Virus genome (UHGV): UHGV-1430452
Strand: one strand, 5' to 3'
DNA from: a virus
DNA: 64,000 nt
The notes under the pieces are model-generated. The model was not told the origin of the DNA. It was given only the letters and a program-made list of their open reading frames with translations, and searched no databases. Shown in pieces: positions 38,328 through 48,831 of this stretch; within the stretch, counting starts at the first letter, position 1, and each line of letters opens with the position of its first letter. A program made the translations under genes and the position numbers.

Positions 38328-40890
38328 CTCTTGTTATGTCTAGAGTAACCGGAATAGTGACATCGGAATGTTTCTGATTAAAAGATACAGTGATGTTTGC
38401 CCAATAGCCGCTTCCGGACGGTTCCCTAACATACACATCACCCATCCATACGGATAAACGCCGTAATGCATAAAGAGTCTCTTTGTCTTCCTTAGGAATA
38501 ACCATATTCCAAGTTGCAGAAGCGCCAACATGAGTGCCATAATAACTAACCGGATACTTTCTTCCGATATAATTTACGAGTGTACTATCCGGTTTGTTAT
38601 TGTCTGATACATCAATGTTGTAAGGGATTTTCAGCATCGAACCTACCCATGGAGGAGTTTCGAGTTCTTCGTCTTCAGTTGTGTTAAAATTGGTCCATTC
38701 ATCGTCCCACTGAATTATTACGGAATTGCCTCCTACTGGATACCCAGGTGGATCATAGTAACTAACAGAACCTGTACTTTTCGATGTGGCGACAATTCTA
38801 TATCGCGCGTAATCTAAAGCTGGGTGTGGATCAGTTACGTATGATTCATCTAAAGGAGATAGACCGGTAGCTAGCTCGGTAAATGTTCCATCAAACTCTT
38901 TCCTATAAACCGATAGCTCAACATCGGCCACAGCTTCCGACATTTCGTTCAAACAATATGGACTTATGTATGCTGTGTATGTTTCTTCGTCAATTCCTAT
39001 TTCTGCATCCGGTTCATATGTGAATTCAGTCCATGATACATCGAATTCTAATTCCGCTTCTGACGTAAGACCGGAATCCATAGAAGCAGTGCATTTAACT
39101 GTATAGCTGATGGCATTTTCGAGATCTATACTATGTGCAGAGATCTCCAATAACAACTGCTCTTTAGTGTCAAAGTACTGAGAATATAATGCTTCTCCTG
39201 CGTTTATTATTTTCTCATTGCCTATTTCATCAACTGTTGTGTAAACTTCATTCGATGTTATTTCAACATGATATCCAATTGGCATCTGAGTGTTAGGACC
39301 AGTTTCACACTTAAGATAAATAGGAAACGAATTTACTGTAGTGATAATATTATTTTGATTATCAGTCAAATTCATGGACAATGTGGCCGGAGCATAAACG
39401 TTAACTGTTCTCTGTATCGACCAATCGCCATACTGTTTAGTTACACCAGCAGTTCTAACTCGCCACTTTATAACAGTGCCTTCTTTGTATTGGGTAGTAT
39501 CCACAGAATAGAAACTGGTTCTATCTTTATCTTCTTCGACATTGGTATTTTCTATAGTGTGGGTTATTTTTTCTTCATCATAATATATCTCTAATTCAGC
39601 AAACGTCTGACTAGAGCCGTCTTCCGCATTATGAACCCAATATAGAAGTAACTCTTCCCCAGTAATCGCGGTAGTTGTTGAAGACCATGTTGTAGGAGCT
39701 GATGGACTTTTACCAATAACTATGGATTTAATCGATGTCCATGACGATTCTCCATTATCGTTTACAGCTCGTACTCTAAAGAAATATTCCTGTCCTGATT
39801 CCATCCCGGTTATCTGAGCATATTGGTAAGCAGTAGATGTCACGCTTTTAACCTCTCCAGGATTTTGATCGAAATACGATTGTTTTGTTGTATATTCGAT
39901 AGTAAAGCTTGTAGCATTCTCTACTTTTTCCCATTTAAGCTGCACAGACGTGTCCGACGTAGCCTTGATGAAAATTATTTCTTTAGGAGCTGCTGGTACT
40001 GTTCCTGCTGAATTCGAGTAATCAGACCATTCGCCATAGATTTTATCGCTTCCGTATAGGTTCACTGCTCTACAACGAACTCTGTAGTCTGAACCTGGAT
40101 TAATAGTAAAAGACGCCACAGCTCTACAGGTCTGAACCTTTACTGTCGACGTCTTAAACCGAGTTGCCCCACTATAAACTTCAAAAGCGATCTGGTCAGT
40201 TCTAGGATCATCAATGTTATCGATAGTTGCTGTTAATGTGTACTTATCGATTTTTACACTTGGTGCATTAGGCTTAGCAGGAGGATTACCTGCAAAATTC
40301 AAGTATGCACTAGCTTTAGTGGCAGTCCAATAAGCAACGTCTTTACCATTCACCTTATGCTTTTTAGCGACAGGTTTAACATATACCATGACACTTATCG
40401 CATTTGACGGGACGGTGTATGTAGATTGGTGTACTTTTTCTTGTGAATTACTTCCTACAAAAAATATTCCATCACCAGTGCTATAACGCCATTCAACTTG
40501 ATAATAATCTACATAAGAGGTAGCTCTTGGTGCTGCGAAAAAAGATACTGACCTGGTTCCATCACCGAAGTCAGTACCACTTCCATCTTTTATCAGATAT
40601 CCGACATTTATAGCGGACTGAATATTATGAGTACCACTTTTATTCCTGCCTAGAACAGCTCTTGCTCCTTTAATCTGAGTAATTTTCCATGTCTCATTAA
40701 AAACCCAGGAGGAAATGCTAACACCGTTATACCATGTAGCACCACTTTGAATTGTTACCCATTCGCCTACTCGATAGTTTCCAATTTGTTCTGCATATAT
40801 TTTTGCCGGTTCTTTAAAGTCCCATGTAGCGTAATATGTACTATCTGTACCAGACTGAAGCGCTAATTTAAGATTGGTAACTGACGCCAT
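38311..40890 (-). CDS. Distal tail (Dit-like) protein with fibronectin type III-like repeats
   Basis: 859 aa; immediately downstream of the tape measure; FN3-like segments (PSAP..W, EYTTKQ...RVRAVN). Confidence 0.6.
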   Translation of the reverse strand: MASVTNLKLALQSGTDSTYYATWDFKEPAKIYAEQIGNYRVGEWVTIQSGATWYNGVSISSWVFNETWKITQIKGARAVLGRNKSGTHNIQSAINVGYLIKDGSGTDFGDGTRSVSFFAAPRATSYVDYYQVEWRYSTGDGIFFVGSNSQEKVHQSTYTVPSNAISVMVYVKPVAKKHKVNGKDVAYWTATKASAYLNFAGNPPAKPNAPSVKIDKYTLTATIDNIDDPRTDQIAFEVYSGATRFKTSTVKVQTCRAVASFTINPGSDYRVRCRAVNLYGSDKIYGEWSDYSNSAGTVPAAPKEIIFIKATSDTSVQLKWEKVENATSFTIEYTTKQSYFDQNPGEVKSVTSTAYQYAQITGMESGQEYFFRVRAVNDNGESSWTSIKSIVIGKSPSAPTTWSSTTTAITGEELLLYWVHNAEDGSSQTFAELEIYYDEEKITHTIENTNVEEDKDRTSFYSVDTTQYKEGTVIKWRVRTAGVTKQYGDWSIQRTVNVYAPATLSMNLTDNQNNIITTVNSFPIYLKCETGPNTQMPIGYHVEITSNEVYTTVDEIGNEKIINAGEALYSQYFDTKEQLLLEISAHSIDLENAISYTVKCTASMDSGLTSEAELEFDVSWTEFTYEPDAEIGIDEETYTAYISPYCLNEMSEAVADVELSVYRKEFDGTFTELATGLSPLDESYVTDPHPALDYARYRIVATSKSTGSVSYYDPPGYPVGGNSVIIQWDDEWTNFNTTEDEELETPPWVGSMLKIPYNIDVSDNNKPDSTLVNYIGRKYPVSYYGTHVGASATWNMVIPKEDKETLYALRRLSVWMGDVYVREPSGSGYWANITVSFNQKHSDVTIPVTLDITRVEGGI

Positions 40891-40894
40891 TAGC

Positions 40895-43800
40895 TTATAT
40901 CCTCCTTTCTATCACGGCTGCTCTTACAATTTCTTTAACAGCTTCTGTAATATTGCTTCCATCATCATAAGTAAGACCGTTAATGTTATATGAAACACCA
41001 CCAACATTACCTAAGTCTTTACGAAGTCTGTTTATTGCTGAAACAACATCATCCATAGATCCATTTTGAATTCTTTCACCCATCATAGAATTTATGGTGT
41101 TTAGTCTTGACATTACTCCCAATGTAGGAGTTCCATTCAACATGCCGTTAATTGCACTAGCTCCAGATTTAATATCAGACAAATCAAGGACTGGTCTTAT
41201 TGTCGGCTGAGTGTTGATATCTCCGTCAAGAAGACTCGAAATTCTCGACATTGCTGTTTGAGTACTGTTAACAGCGTTATCGGACATTCTAGAAATAGAT
41301 TGTTTCACTAATCCTCCGAACATACCGATACCCTTAGCAAATCCAATAGGAACATATGAACCTATTTTCATGAACACCCTTGAAGGTGAATGAATAGCAA
41401 GATTAGCCCTAGCTGCTGCCGATGCTGCCGCTGCCATTGAAGCTGCTGCATTTGCCGCCGACCAAATGTTCGCTTGAATACCTGCTACAAATCCGCTAGC
41501 TACATAAGATCCAGAACTATAAAAGCTTGAATAATATCCTCTAGTAGAAGATACTGCTGAAGACAATATCGACGTTGTTGTGTTCACAACACTTGAAGCT
41601 CTACTTCGCATACCGTTTACGAATTGTGTCATTAAAGCAACGCCATTAGTTCCAAATACGGATCTTTTACTGCTAATAGCTTTAAGCATCGAGTTGATAA
41701 TATTGGTAGCTGTTGATGTTACCAATGCTTGTTTTGATTTCAAACCATTAGAGAAAGATGTAATTAAGTTCGATCCAATGTTCGACATCTTAGACGTTGA
41801 ACCACTAAATGATTTAGTAATACTATTCATAGAAGTTTGACCCAAAGTAGATACAGCAGTTTTAAACGATGCTACGCCGCTTGTGTTAAGTCCGGCCAAA
41901 CTACTAATAAAATTCTTAATCTTAGTAGCCGCTGTTATAGAGCTAGATATTGATCCGACATTTATACCTGCAACAGAATCAGAGTAACTTTTTAAAGTAC
42001 TTCCGATAGTTCCTATCTTAAAGTTTGAAACTCCACTAGAATCCAAACTTGATAGTCCCTGAATAAAAGTCTTTAATCTATTTGCCGCAGTAACAGAAGA
42101 TGTAACTTTACCAGAGTCCACATTTTCAACCGACTTAGAGTAGCTCTTCAAAGTAGTTCCAATAGATCCTATTTTGAAGTTACTAACACCACTACTATCC
42201 AATCCCGTAAGACTTGATACAAAATTTCTAAGTCTATTTGCTGATGATATGGATGATGAGACTATACCCGGGTCCATATCTTTAACGGAGTTTCCGTAGT
42301 CCTGCATAGCCTTACCTATGGAATTAATCTTGAAGTTTTCAATACCGCTTGTATCAAGACCCACCAGACTAGCTATTAAACTCTTAAGTCTTAAAGCTAC
42401 TGAGACTGCTGTGTTTACTTTAGCGATATCGATATCGGCTACAGATTCTCCGAACTTACCTATAGCCTGTCCAATATTAACCAAATGACCGTCTCCGGCT
42501 CCAACACCTGCAAAGCTACTAACACCACTTGCATCGAGATCGGCTAAAGCGGTAATCAGGTTTTTAATCCTATAAGCGGCTGTTATGGCGGTGTTTATAC
42601 CATCAGAGTTTATGTTTGCAGCGTCTGTTGAGAATGTAGTCATGGCCGAGCTGAATTTTTCGACGTATTTTGAGAATTCCTCAAGATTCATCTTACCGTC
42701 AAACCAGCCTTCTTCTGGAAGGGCTTCTTGAAGAGCTATAATAGCGCTACCTGCATTCGTTACGGATGTTACGACTGCTTCCGATATACCGTCCTCTCCC
42801 ATTCCGGTTTTAAGTTTGCCCATAGCTGTAGCAAATTGACCTATGTTTTCGCCAAAAGTTCCTAAGTCATCTTTTCCGGTAAACCAGTCGATTACTCCTC
42901 CCATATTCTCAAGAGAAGATTGTAATCCAGCAAGTTTAGTAGCCGCATTTATAATAGAAGTAATTGAATCATCATCTATTTTTGTATCTCCTAAATCGGC
43001 AAAAGCAGTTTTCATCGATCCCATAAAGCTAGCGACACTAGACCCAAAAGTCCCTAAGTCGTCCCTTCCAGTGAACCAGTCAACCACTCCTCCTATATTT
43101 TCAAGCGATGACTGCAAGCCTGATAATTTAGTAGCTGCGTCGATGATTATGCCGATTGCTTCGGTATTTATTTTGACTCCGTCTAAGCTTGAAAATGCTT
43201 TTGTCATAGATCCTATAAATAGACCTATATTTACACCAAATGTGCCGAGGTCGTCTCTACCTTTAAACCAGCTTATTACTCCACCTATTGGTTCGAGTGC
43301 TGACTGCAATCCTGCTAATTTAGTTGATCCATCGATAATGGTAGTCAAAGCTTCAGAATTAAATTCAACACCATCAAGACTCTGAAAAGCAGTTTTCATA
43401 GAGAATATAAATTGAGCTACGTTTGTTCCAAAAGTTCCAAGATCATCTCTACCTTTAAACCAACTTATTACTCCGCCTATAGGTTCCAATGACGATTGTA
43501 AATTAGCTAGAATAGTAGTAGCACTTATTATTGCGGTTAATCCTTCTGTGTTTAAAGTAATTCCTTCTAGATCAGAGAACGCAACTTTCATGGAAGATAT
43601 GAATTCTCCTACACTTTCTCCAAATGTGCCGAGGTCGTCTCTACCTTTAAACCAGCTTATTACTCCGCCTATTGGTTCAAGGCTAGATTGAAGTTTACTC
43701 AGTTCAGCAGCTCCAGTAATGATCGATGTTAAAGCTTCCGTATTGAAGGATACTCCGTCAAGACCTAGAAAAGCATTCTTCATTGAGAATATAAATTGAC

Positions 43801-46800
43801 CGACGTTAGTTCCGAAAGTCGCGAGGTCATCCCTGCCAGAGAACCAATCCATAACACCGCCTATAGGCTCCAATGACGATTGTAATTCGCTAAGTTTCGT
43901 TGCTACATTTATCACAGCGCCCATTGCCGCCTCGTCTATTGTGATTCCAGCAGAAGCTTGCGATATCGCTTTCATAGCATTGAAGAACGCAACACCATCG
44001 GTCTCAAACTTCTCCATAGAAGTACCACCGAGAGTGAATATGTCAGCGATAGAAGTACCAACTGTTGTAAATCCTATCTCTGCCATAGCACTCATTAAAT
44101 CGGACACGCCATCGAAAGATCCTGATTTAATACCACTAGCATTTTCGCTTGCTATAGCTAGTTTGTCCATGAAATCAGCAATATTTTGACCTATTTCCGG
44201 TAAACTTCCGGTAATACCTTCTCCGATTCCTCCTATGAATGCTCCGATTCCTTTGCCGATTGCGTTTCCTATTTTTCCTAATAATCCACCGCCAGCTTCA
44301 ACAAGGGACGAAAAACCTGGAATTTTAGATAACCCACCGATTGCTGCCAGAAGTACTGCTATCTCAGCTATTACAGCACCAACGGCTAATACTCCGGTCA
44401 TTGCTGGGCCGGCTAAAGCTCCAGCTCCGGCGAATACTTTCATCAATATTCCGATTACTCCGAATGCACCTATGCCTTTTAGCATAGTATCCATATCTAA
44501 ATTGCCTATCGAATCGACGATACCTTTGACAACTTGTCCGACAAAATTCATTATTGCCGATATTAATTCTGGAGTATGCTCGGCAAGACTATTAATAACT
44601 CCGATTATAAAACCGAGAAGTGAATCGACAATCTGTGGTGCATACTGTTCTAATGCGTCTAAAACGCCTAAGAGCAGTTTCAGAAAACTTTCAGCCAATT
44701 GAGGTGCATATTCTCCTATAACTTTTGCGATTTCGACGATACCTCGACCTATTACTTCAGCAATTTGTGGAATCAATCCTAAAATACCGGTGATTATAAC
44801 TGTTATTGATGCGACAAGCGCTGTGGCACCAGCAGTTCCAGCAGTAGCAAGAGCTGTGAATCCAGCTGATAGAGCAAGTATACCAACGCCAATTCCAGCT
44901 ATAGCTACAGCAAATATAGCCATCGCAGCGGATAAACCAAGTATTGCCGGAGTGAGTGGACTCAGAAGAGCTCCAGCTACTCCTATTACTACAAAGGCTC
45001 CAGCAAGAGTTACGAGACCTTTTACTATGCTCTCCCAACTCATAGATCCTAATGATTTCAATACAGGTGTTAAAATTGCTAATCCAGCAGCTGCAACAAC
45101 TAATGCGGCAGACCCCTTAAGAGATCCACTCATGGCTTTTAATCCAATAGATAGCTCGACCAAAGCTATTCCAAGTACAACGAGTCCTTTTCCTATACTC
45201 TCCCAGCTCATCGATCCTAATGATTTTAAGACTGGAGTTAATATAGCAAGTGCTGACGCCATCAAAAGCATTTGACCGCCGAACTTAGCGATAGATCCAC
45301 TACCCTTGCTCATAATTTTAGAAGCTAACACCAGCATTGTAACAATACCTAATATTCCAGCTCCACCTTTAGCTAATTCGTTCCAACTCATAGAACCCAA
45401 ACTCTTACCAACAGCAGCCAAAATGCCAACCGCAGCTGACATGATAAGCATCTGTCCAGCAAATTTGGTTATAGACTTACTTTCAGTATTCATGAGTTTG
45501 GCAGCACCAACTAATATAGCGACTATTCCTAATATTCCGGCCCCACCTTTGGCTAATTCTTCCCAACTCATTGAACTGAGAATTTTAGCGACTCCAGATA
45601 ACGCTGCTATTGCTGCTGATAATATAAGCATCTGTCCAGCAAATTTGGTTATAGACTTACTTTCGGTATTCATAAGTTTAGCAGCCGCGACGAGTATAGC
45701 TACCATTCCACCAATACCAACGAGGCCTTTTGCTACACCGTTCCAATCAAGTCCAGCTATAATTTTCATAGCGCCTGCTAATATAAGAATAGCTGCTCCG
45801 AGTCCAATCATCTGAACAGTTCTAGCTATACCTGACAAACTTGATACTATACCAGATAAAGGTTTGACACTTTTGCTGTTTATTTTTTCAAGCACTGCTA
45901 ATGCAGATATCAACTCTACAAACAAACCGCCTATTGCGCCTAAAGAACTTCCGAGTTTATCCTCGTCTATTCCAGATATGACAAAAAGAGCCGCTGCCAG
46001 TATTCCAATAGCACCCGCTATTTTTAGCAATGTTCCGGCTTTAAGATTCTGTTGCCATGATTCCAAACTTCCCTTAACGCCATCAAGTATTTTTTTAACG
46101 TTATCTAAGAAACTTATTTTTTCGAATGGATCAGATAATCCTTTAATAAAGTTTCTTATGGCTAGTAATATTCCAGCAAACAATCCGCTGTTTAATACTT
46201 CGAAAATATCGCCTTTACCAAAGGCATCGGCTATCATATTACCTATATCGGAAAAAGCTTCTCCGATGGCCGCGCCAACCGACTTTATAGTGTTCCATAG
46301 ACCGGAAAAGAAGCCAAGAAAACCTTGAAGTGTAGGAGAAATCTTAAAACTCTCAATAAGTGAGCGTCCAAACTCTGCTATTTTTGAAATCCCGTTGCTA
46401 AGAAATCCAACAATTTTATCAACTGCGTCGCCAAACAGATTTCCTTCTACTATGGAGTCTCTCACATTCGAGATAAAATCTCCAAAAGAACTCGTTGCAT
46501 CCAGTATTCCTCCACCAAGTCCGGTGAAGTTTCCAATAATATCTAGAGCGCCTTTTCCAACAGCTTTAAAAGCCTCTATAACAATATCGATAGCGGAAAA
46601 GATTCCTTTAAATGTAGATTTTATTTTAGATGCAGCGCCTTCACTTACTTTTAAAGTATCAGTGAAAGCTTTGAATCTATCAATCATACTTACTACTTGG
46701 TCGACTGTAGTAGGTGGAAATATCTCTCTAAAAGCTTCTTTTATCGGTTTTATTATATCTCCAAGGAATTTGAATATATTTTTCAAACCCTCTATAATTT

Positions 46801-48442
46801 TTTCTCTACCGCCAAGCTCGGTTATTCCATCGATAAGACCATCTATGTTGTCTTTTAATTTATTCGTAGATTCGTTTGCTTCATTTAGCGCTTTTAATGT
46901 AGCGTCATCAACGATACCTGTTATTTCTAAATCGTTAGCTTCCTGAAAAGCTTTAATAGCTGACTCTGTGGCACTTCCGAAAATTCCATCAGCACCAGAA
47001 TCGCCAATATCATAGTTAAGGCTTTGTAATGCTTTTTGTACTTTTGTTACGTCGTCTCCTGTATTACCTTTCGATAAACCGGCTTCGACTCCACTTAAAT
47101 CTACAAGTTCGCCTTTTAATCCGCTAACAGCTTCTTTTAAAATATCAGAAGATATGGCACCAGATTGAAAAGCTTTTTCTAGAGAACCATATTTTTTTAT
47201 GATCTCGTCCATATTAACGCCATGGTCCTCAGCAATCGATCTAACTTTTTCCTCAAAAGTATCGGTTTCTACACCAGCTTCATTTATTTTTTTTACAAGC
47301 TTATCCCAGTTAGAAGACATCGCGCCTTCCAATAATTCGTTACGAGATTTCGCTGATGATTCAACCATCTTTCCAATGGTATCTGAAATTCCAGTGAACA
47401 ATTCTTTGGAGTCTTCAAAATCACCGACAAGTATTCTCCAAGTTTGACCCCATCCAGATTGGAGAGATTCTTTTACCGTATCTATCAGCTGTGTGAATGT
47501 TTTTACTTTTGTAGCAGCGTCTTCAGCGTCCTTCGCTAAAGCCATAATATCGTTTGCTTGAGATTCGCTATAACCTTGGGCAATAAGATCGGCCTTACTA
47601 TATGCGCCAGACAATTGGTTAAGAGTTTCAGTTAATACCTCGGTCGTTAACCATTCACCTTTTGTTAGGCTTTCTCTAAAGCTGCCATATGTATCAATAG
47701 CTTGTTTAGCGCCTGTTCCCAAAAGTTCAGACGTTCTAACAAGTGCGTCCTGAAATACCTTACCACCCATACCGGCATTAACAACTGAGTTCCAGTCCAT
47801 AAGACTAACTTTACCTGCCGCCAATGCCTGAGAAAGCTGATACATCGCAGTAGATGCCTGTTGAGAAGTTGATCCAGAAACTGCGGCCAAGTTCGCAATA
47901 CCTTTAATAGCATTAACTGAGGTATCAAGTTTTACACCAGCTGCTGTAAACGTACCGATATTACGAGTCATTTCCGTAAAATTGTAAATCGTCTTATCGG
48001 CATATGTATTTAGCTCATCTAAAGCCTTATTTACAATATCAACATTAGTGCCTTCCTGCCTTGTATTGGATAGAATTGTCTGAATAGCACCAATCTGAGT
48101 TTCGTATTCTTGGAAACCGCTTTTAACCGGATCTATAGTTAATGCTGATATCATACGTTTACCAGTGTTAACAGCCTGGTTAGTGATGTTTGCTAAAGCA
48201 GTTACACCAGCGACCTGTAGTGCTGAAAATTTAGCCTGAACTGTCTCTATACCACTGCTCATTCCTGCAAAGCTAACACCTTTAGCAGCCTTACCGACAT
48301 TCTCCAACCCTTTGGAGGCACCAGATAGATTTAACTTTTGTTTGAGCTTATCGAGAGTTGACATACTGGTTGCGACTCCGCTCTCAAACTGCTTATTGTC
48401 GAACCGCATCTCCAAGACTCTGTTGTCAATAGTCGTACTCAT
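40895..48442 (-). CDS. Tail tape measure protein (2515 aa) with peptidoglycan-binding domain, hydrophobic segments and two internal repeat arrays
   Basis: TMP-like N-terminus; PG_binding_1-like GNTGDDVTKVQKALQSLNYDIGDSGADGIFGSATESAIKAFQ; repeated LQSSLEPIGGVISWFKGRDDLGTFG and SGVSNFKIGSIG units. Confidence 0.9.
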   Translation of the reverse strand: MSTTIDNRVLEMRFDNKQFESGVATSMSTLDKLKQKLNLSGASKGLENVGKAAKGVSFAGMSSGIETVQAKFSALQVAGVTALANITNQAVNTGKRMISALTIDPVKSGFQEYETQIGAIQTILSNTRQEGTNVDIVNKALDELNTYADKTIYNFTEMTRNIGTFTAAGVKLDTSVNAIKGIANLAAVSGSTSQQASTAMYQLSQALAAGKVSLMDWNSVVNAGMGGKVFQDALVRTSELLGTGAKQAIDTYGSFRESLTKGEWLTTEVLTETLNQLSGAYSKADLIAQGYSESQANDIMALAKDAEDAATKVKTFTQLIDTVKESLQSGWGQTWRILVGDFEDSKELFTGISDTIGKMVESSAKSRNELLEGAMSSNWDKLVKKINEAGVETDTFEEKVRSIAEDHGVNMDEIIKKYGSLEKAFQSGAISSDILKEAVSGLKGELVDLSGVEAGLSKGNTGDDVTKVQKALQSLNYDIGDSGADGIFGSATESAIKAFQEANDLEITGIVDDATLKALNEANESTNKLKDNIDGLIDGITELGGREKIIEGLKNIFKFLGDIIKPIKEAFREIFPPTTVDQVVSMIDRFKAFTDTLKVSEGAASKIKSTFKGIFSAIDIVIEAFKAVGKGALDIIGNFTGLGGGILDATSSFGDFISNVRDSIVEGNLFGDAVDKIVGFLSNGISKIAEFGRSLIESFKISPTLQGFLGFFSGLWNTIKSVGAAIGEAFSDIGNMIADAFGKGDIFEVLNSGLFAGILLAIRNFIKGLSDPFEKISFLDNVKKILDGVKGSLESWQQNLKAGTLLKIAGAIGILAAALFVISGIDEDKLGSSLGAIGGLFVELISALAVLEKINSKSVKPLSGIVSSLSGIARTVQMIGLGAAILILAGAMKIIAGLDWNGVAKGLVGIGGMVAILVAAAKLMNTESKSITKFAGQMLILSAAIAALSGVAKILSSMSWEELAKGGAGILGIVAILVGAAKLMNTESKSITKFAGQMLIMSAAVGILAAVGKSLGSMSWNELAKGGAGILGIVTMLVLASKIMSKGSGSIAKFGGQMLLMASALAILTPVLKSLGSMSWESIGKGLVVLGIALVELSIGLKAMSGSLKGSAALVVAAAGLAILTPVLKSLGSMSWESIVKGLVTLAGAFVVIGVAGALLSPLTPAILGLSAAMAIFAVAIAGIGVGILALSAGFTALATAGTAGATALVASITVIITGILGLIPQIAEVIGRGIVEIAKVIGEYAPQLAESFLKLLLGVLDALEQYAPQIVDSLLGFIIGVINSLAEHTPELISAIMNFVGQVVKGIVDSIGNLDMDTMLKGIGAFGVIGILMKVFAGAGALAGPAMTGVLAVGAVIAEIAVLLAAIGGLSKIPGFSSLVEAGGGLLGKIGNAIGKGIGAFIGGIGEGITGSLPEIGQNIADFMDKLAIASENASGIKSGSFDGVSDLMSAMAEIGFTTVGTSIADIFTLGGTSMEKFETDGVAFFNAMKAISQASAGITIDEAAMGAVINVATKLSELQSSLEPIGGVMDWFSGRDDLATFGTNVGQFIFSMKNAFLGLDGVSFNTEALTSIITGAAELSKLQSSLEPIGGVISWFKGRDDLGTFGESVGEFISSMKVAFSDLEGITLNTEGLTAIISATTILANLQSSLEPIGGVISWFKGRDDLGTFGTNVAQFIFSMKTAFQSLDGVEFNSEALTTIIDGSTKLAGLQSALEPIGGVISWFKGRDDLGTFGVNIGLFIGSMTKAFSSLDGVKINTEAIGIIIDAATKLSGLQSSLENIGGVVDWFTGRDDLGTFGSSVASFMGSMKTAFADLGDTKIDDDSITSIINAATKLAGLQSSLENMGGVIDWFTGKDDLGTFGENIGQFATAMGKLKTGMGEDGISEAVVTSVTNAGSAIIALQEALPEEGWFDGKMNLEEFSKYVEKFSSAMTTFSTDAANINSDGINTAITAAYRIKNLITALADLDASGVSSFAGVGAGDGHLVNIGQAIGKFGESVADIDIAKVNTAVSVALRLKSLIASLVGLDTSGIENFKINSIGKAMQDYGNSVKDMDPGIVSSSISSANRLRNFVSSLTGLDSSGVSNFKIGSIGTTLKSYSKSVENVDSGKVTSSVTAANRLKTFIQGLSSLDSSGVSNFKIGTIGSTLKSYSDSVAGINVGSISSSITAATKIKNFISSLAGLNTSGVASFKTAVSTLGQTSMNSITKSFSGSTSKMSNIGSNLITSFSNGLKSKQALVTSTATNIINSMLKAISSKRSVFGTNGVALMTQFVNGMRSRASSVVNTTTSILSSAVSSTRGYYSSFYSSGSYVASGFVAGIQANIWSAANAAASMAAAASAAARANLAIHSPSRVFMKIGSYVPIGFAKGIGMFGGLVKQSISRMSDNAVNSTQTAMSRISSLLDGDINTQPTIRPVLDLSDIKSGASAINGMLNGTPTLGVMSRLNTINSMMGERIQNGSMDDVVSAINRLRKDLGNVGGVSYNINGLTYDDGSNITEAVKEIVRAAVIERRI
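42800..43950. repeat. Tandem in-frame repeats of about 190 bp inside the tape measure gene
   Basis: Near-identical DNA blocks, e.g. around 43241 and 43610 (CCAAATGTGCCGAGGTCGTCTCTACCTTTAAACCAGCTTATTACTCC); boundaries approximate. Confidence 0.6.
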
Positions 48443-48816
48443 ATCTTAGTAACCTCCCTCCAGGCCTCTTCTGCCATTTTGTCAAAAATAGGCTGAATCG
48501 CAGGATTGATATAATCTCTCCCTTGAACCCAGCCTCCAGTACCAGTCCCATGACCATATTGCAAAATAATAGCGATTGGTACACCTTTATTAATGTTAGA
48601 GTTTGTAAAAGTAATCTTTGCTGATCCGGATGTATTCTCAATTTCGTATCCCCACGATTTAGCAGTCAATCCAGATTCTACAGGAGTAGCAGACATAAGA
48701 GCAGCCACCCCTTCCCGACCATATTTGTCGAGTACGCTGAGCTTTGCATTCCCTTTAAGTTTCTCAAAATATCGAGTAACTTTAGAGAAGTCTCCCTTAT
48801 GTCTGAAACTAATCAT
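48439..48816 (-). CDS. hypothetical protein, tail-module
   Basis: 125 aa immediately upstream of the tape measure gene. Confidence 0.5.
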   Translation of the reverse strand: MISFRHKGDFSKVTRYFEKLKGNAKLSVLDKYGREGVAALMSATPVESGLTAKSWGYEIENTSGSAKITFTNSNINKGVPIAIILQYGHGTGTGGWVQGRDYINPAIQPIFDKMAEEAWREVTKI

Positions 48817-48831
48817 TTTGATCTTTCTCCT

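Noticed and set aside
42843-46946. Plus-strand ORFs (42843..43385, 44235..44702, 44790..45275, 45306..45815, 45864..46328, 46395..46946) antisense to the tape measure gene
   Set aside because: Low-complexity, Pro/Ala/Ile-rich translations that mirror the repetitive tape measure coding sequence on the other strand; no RBS support.
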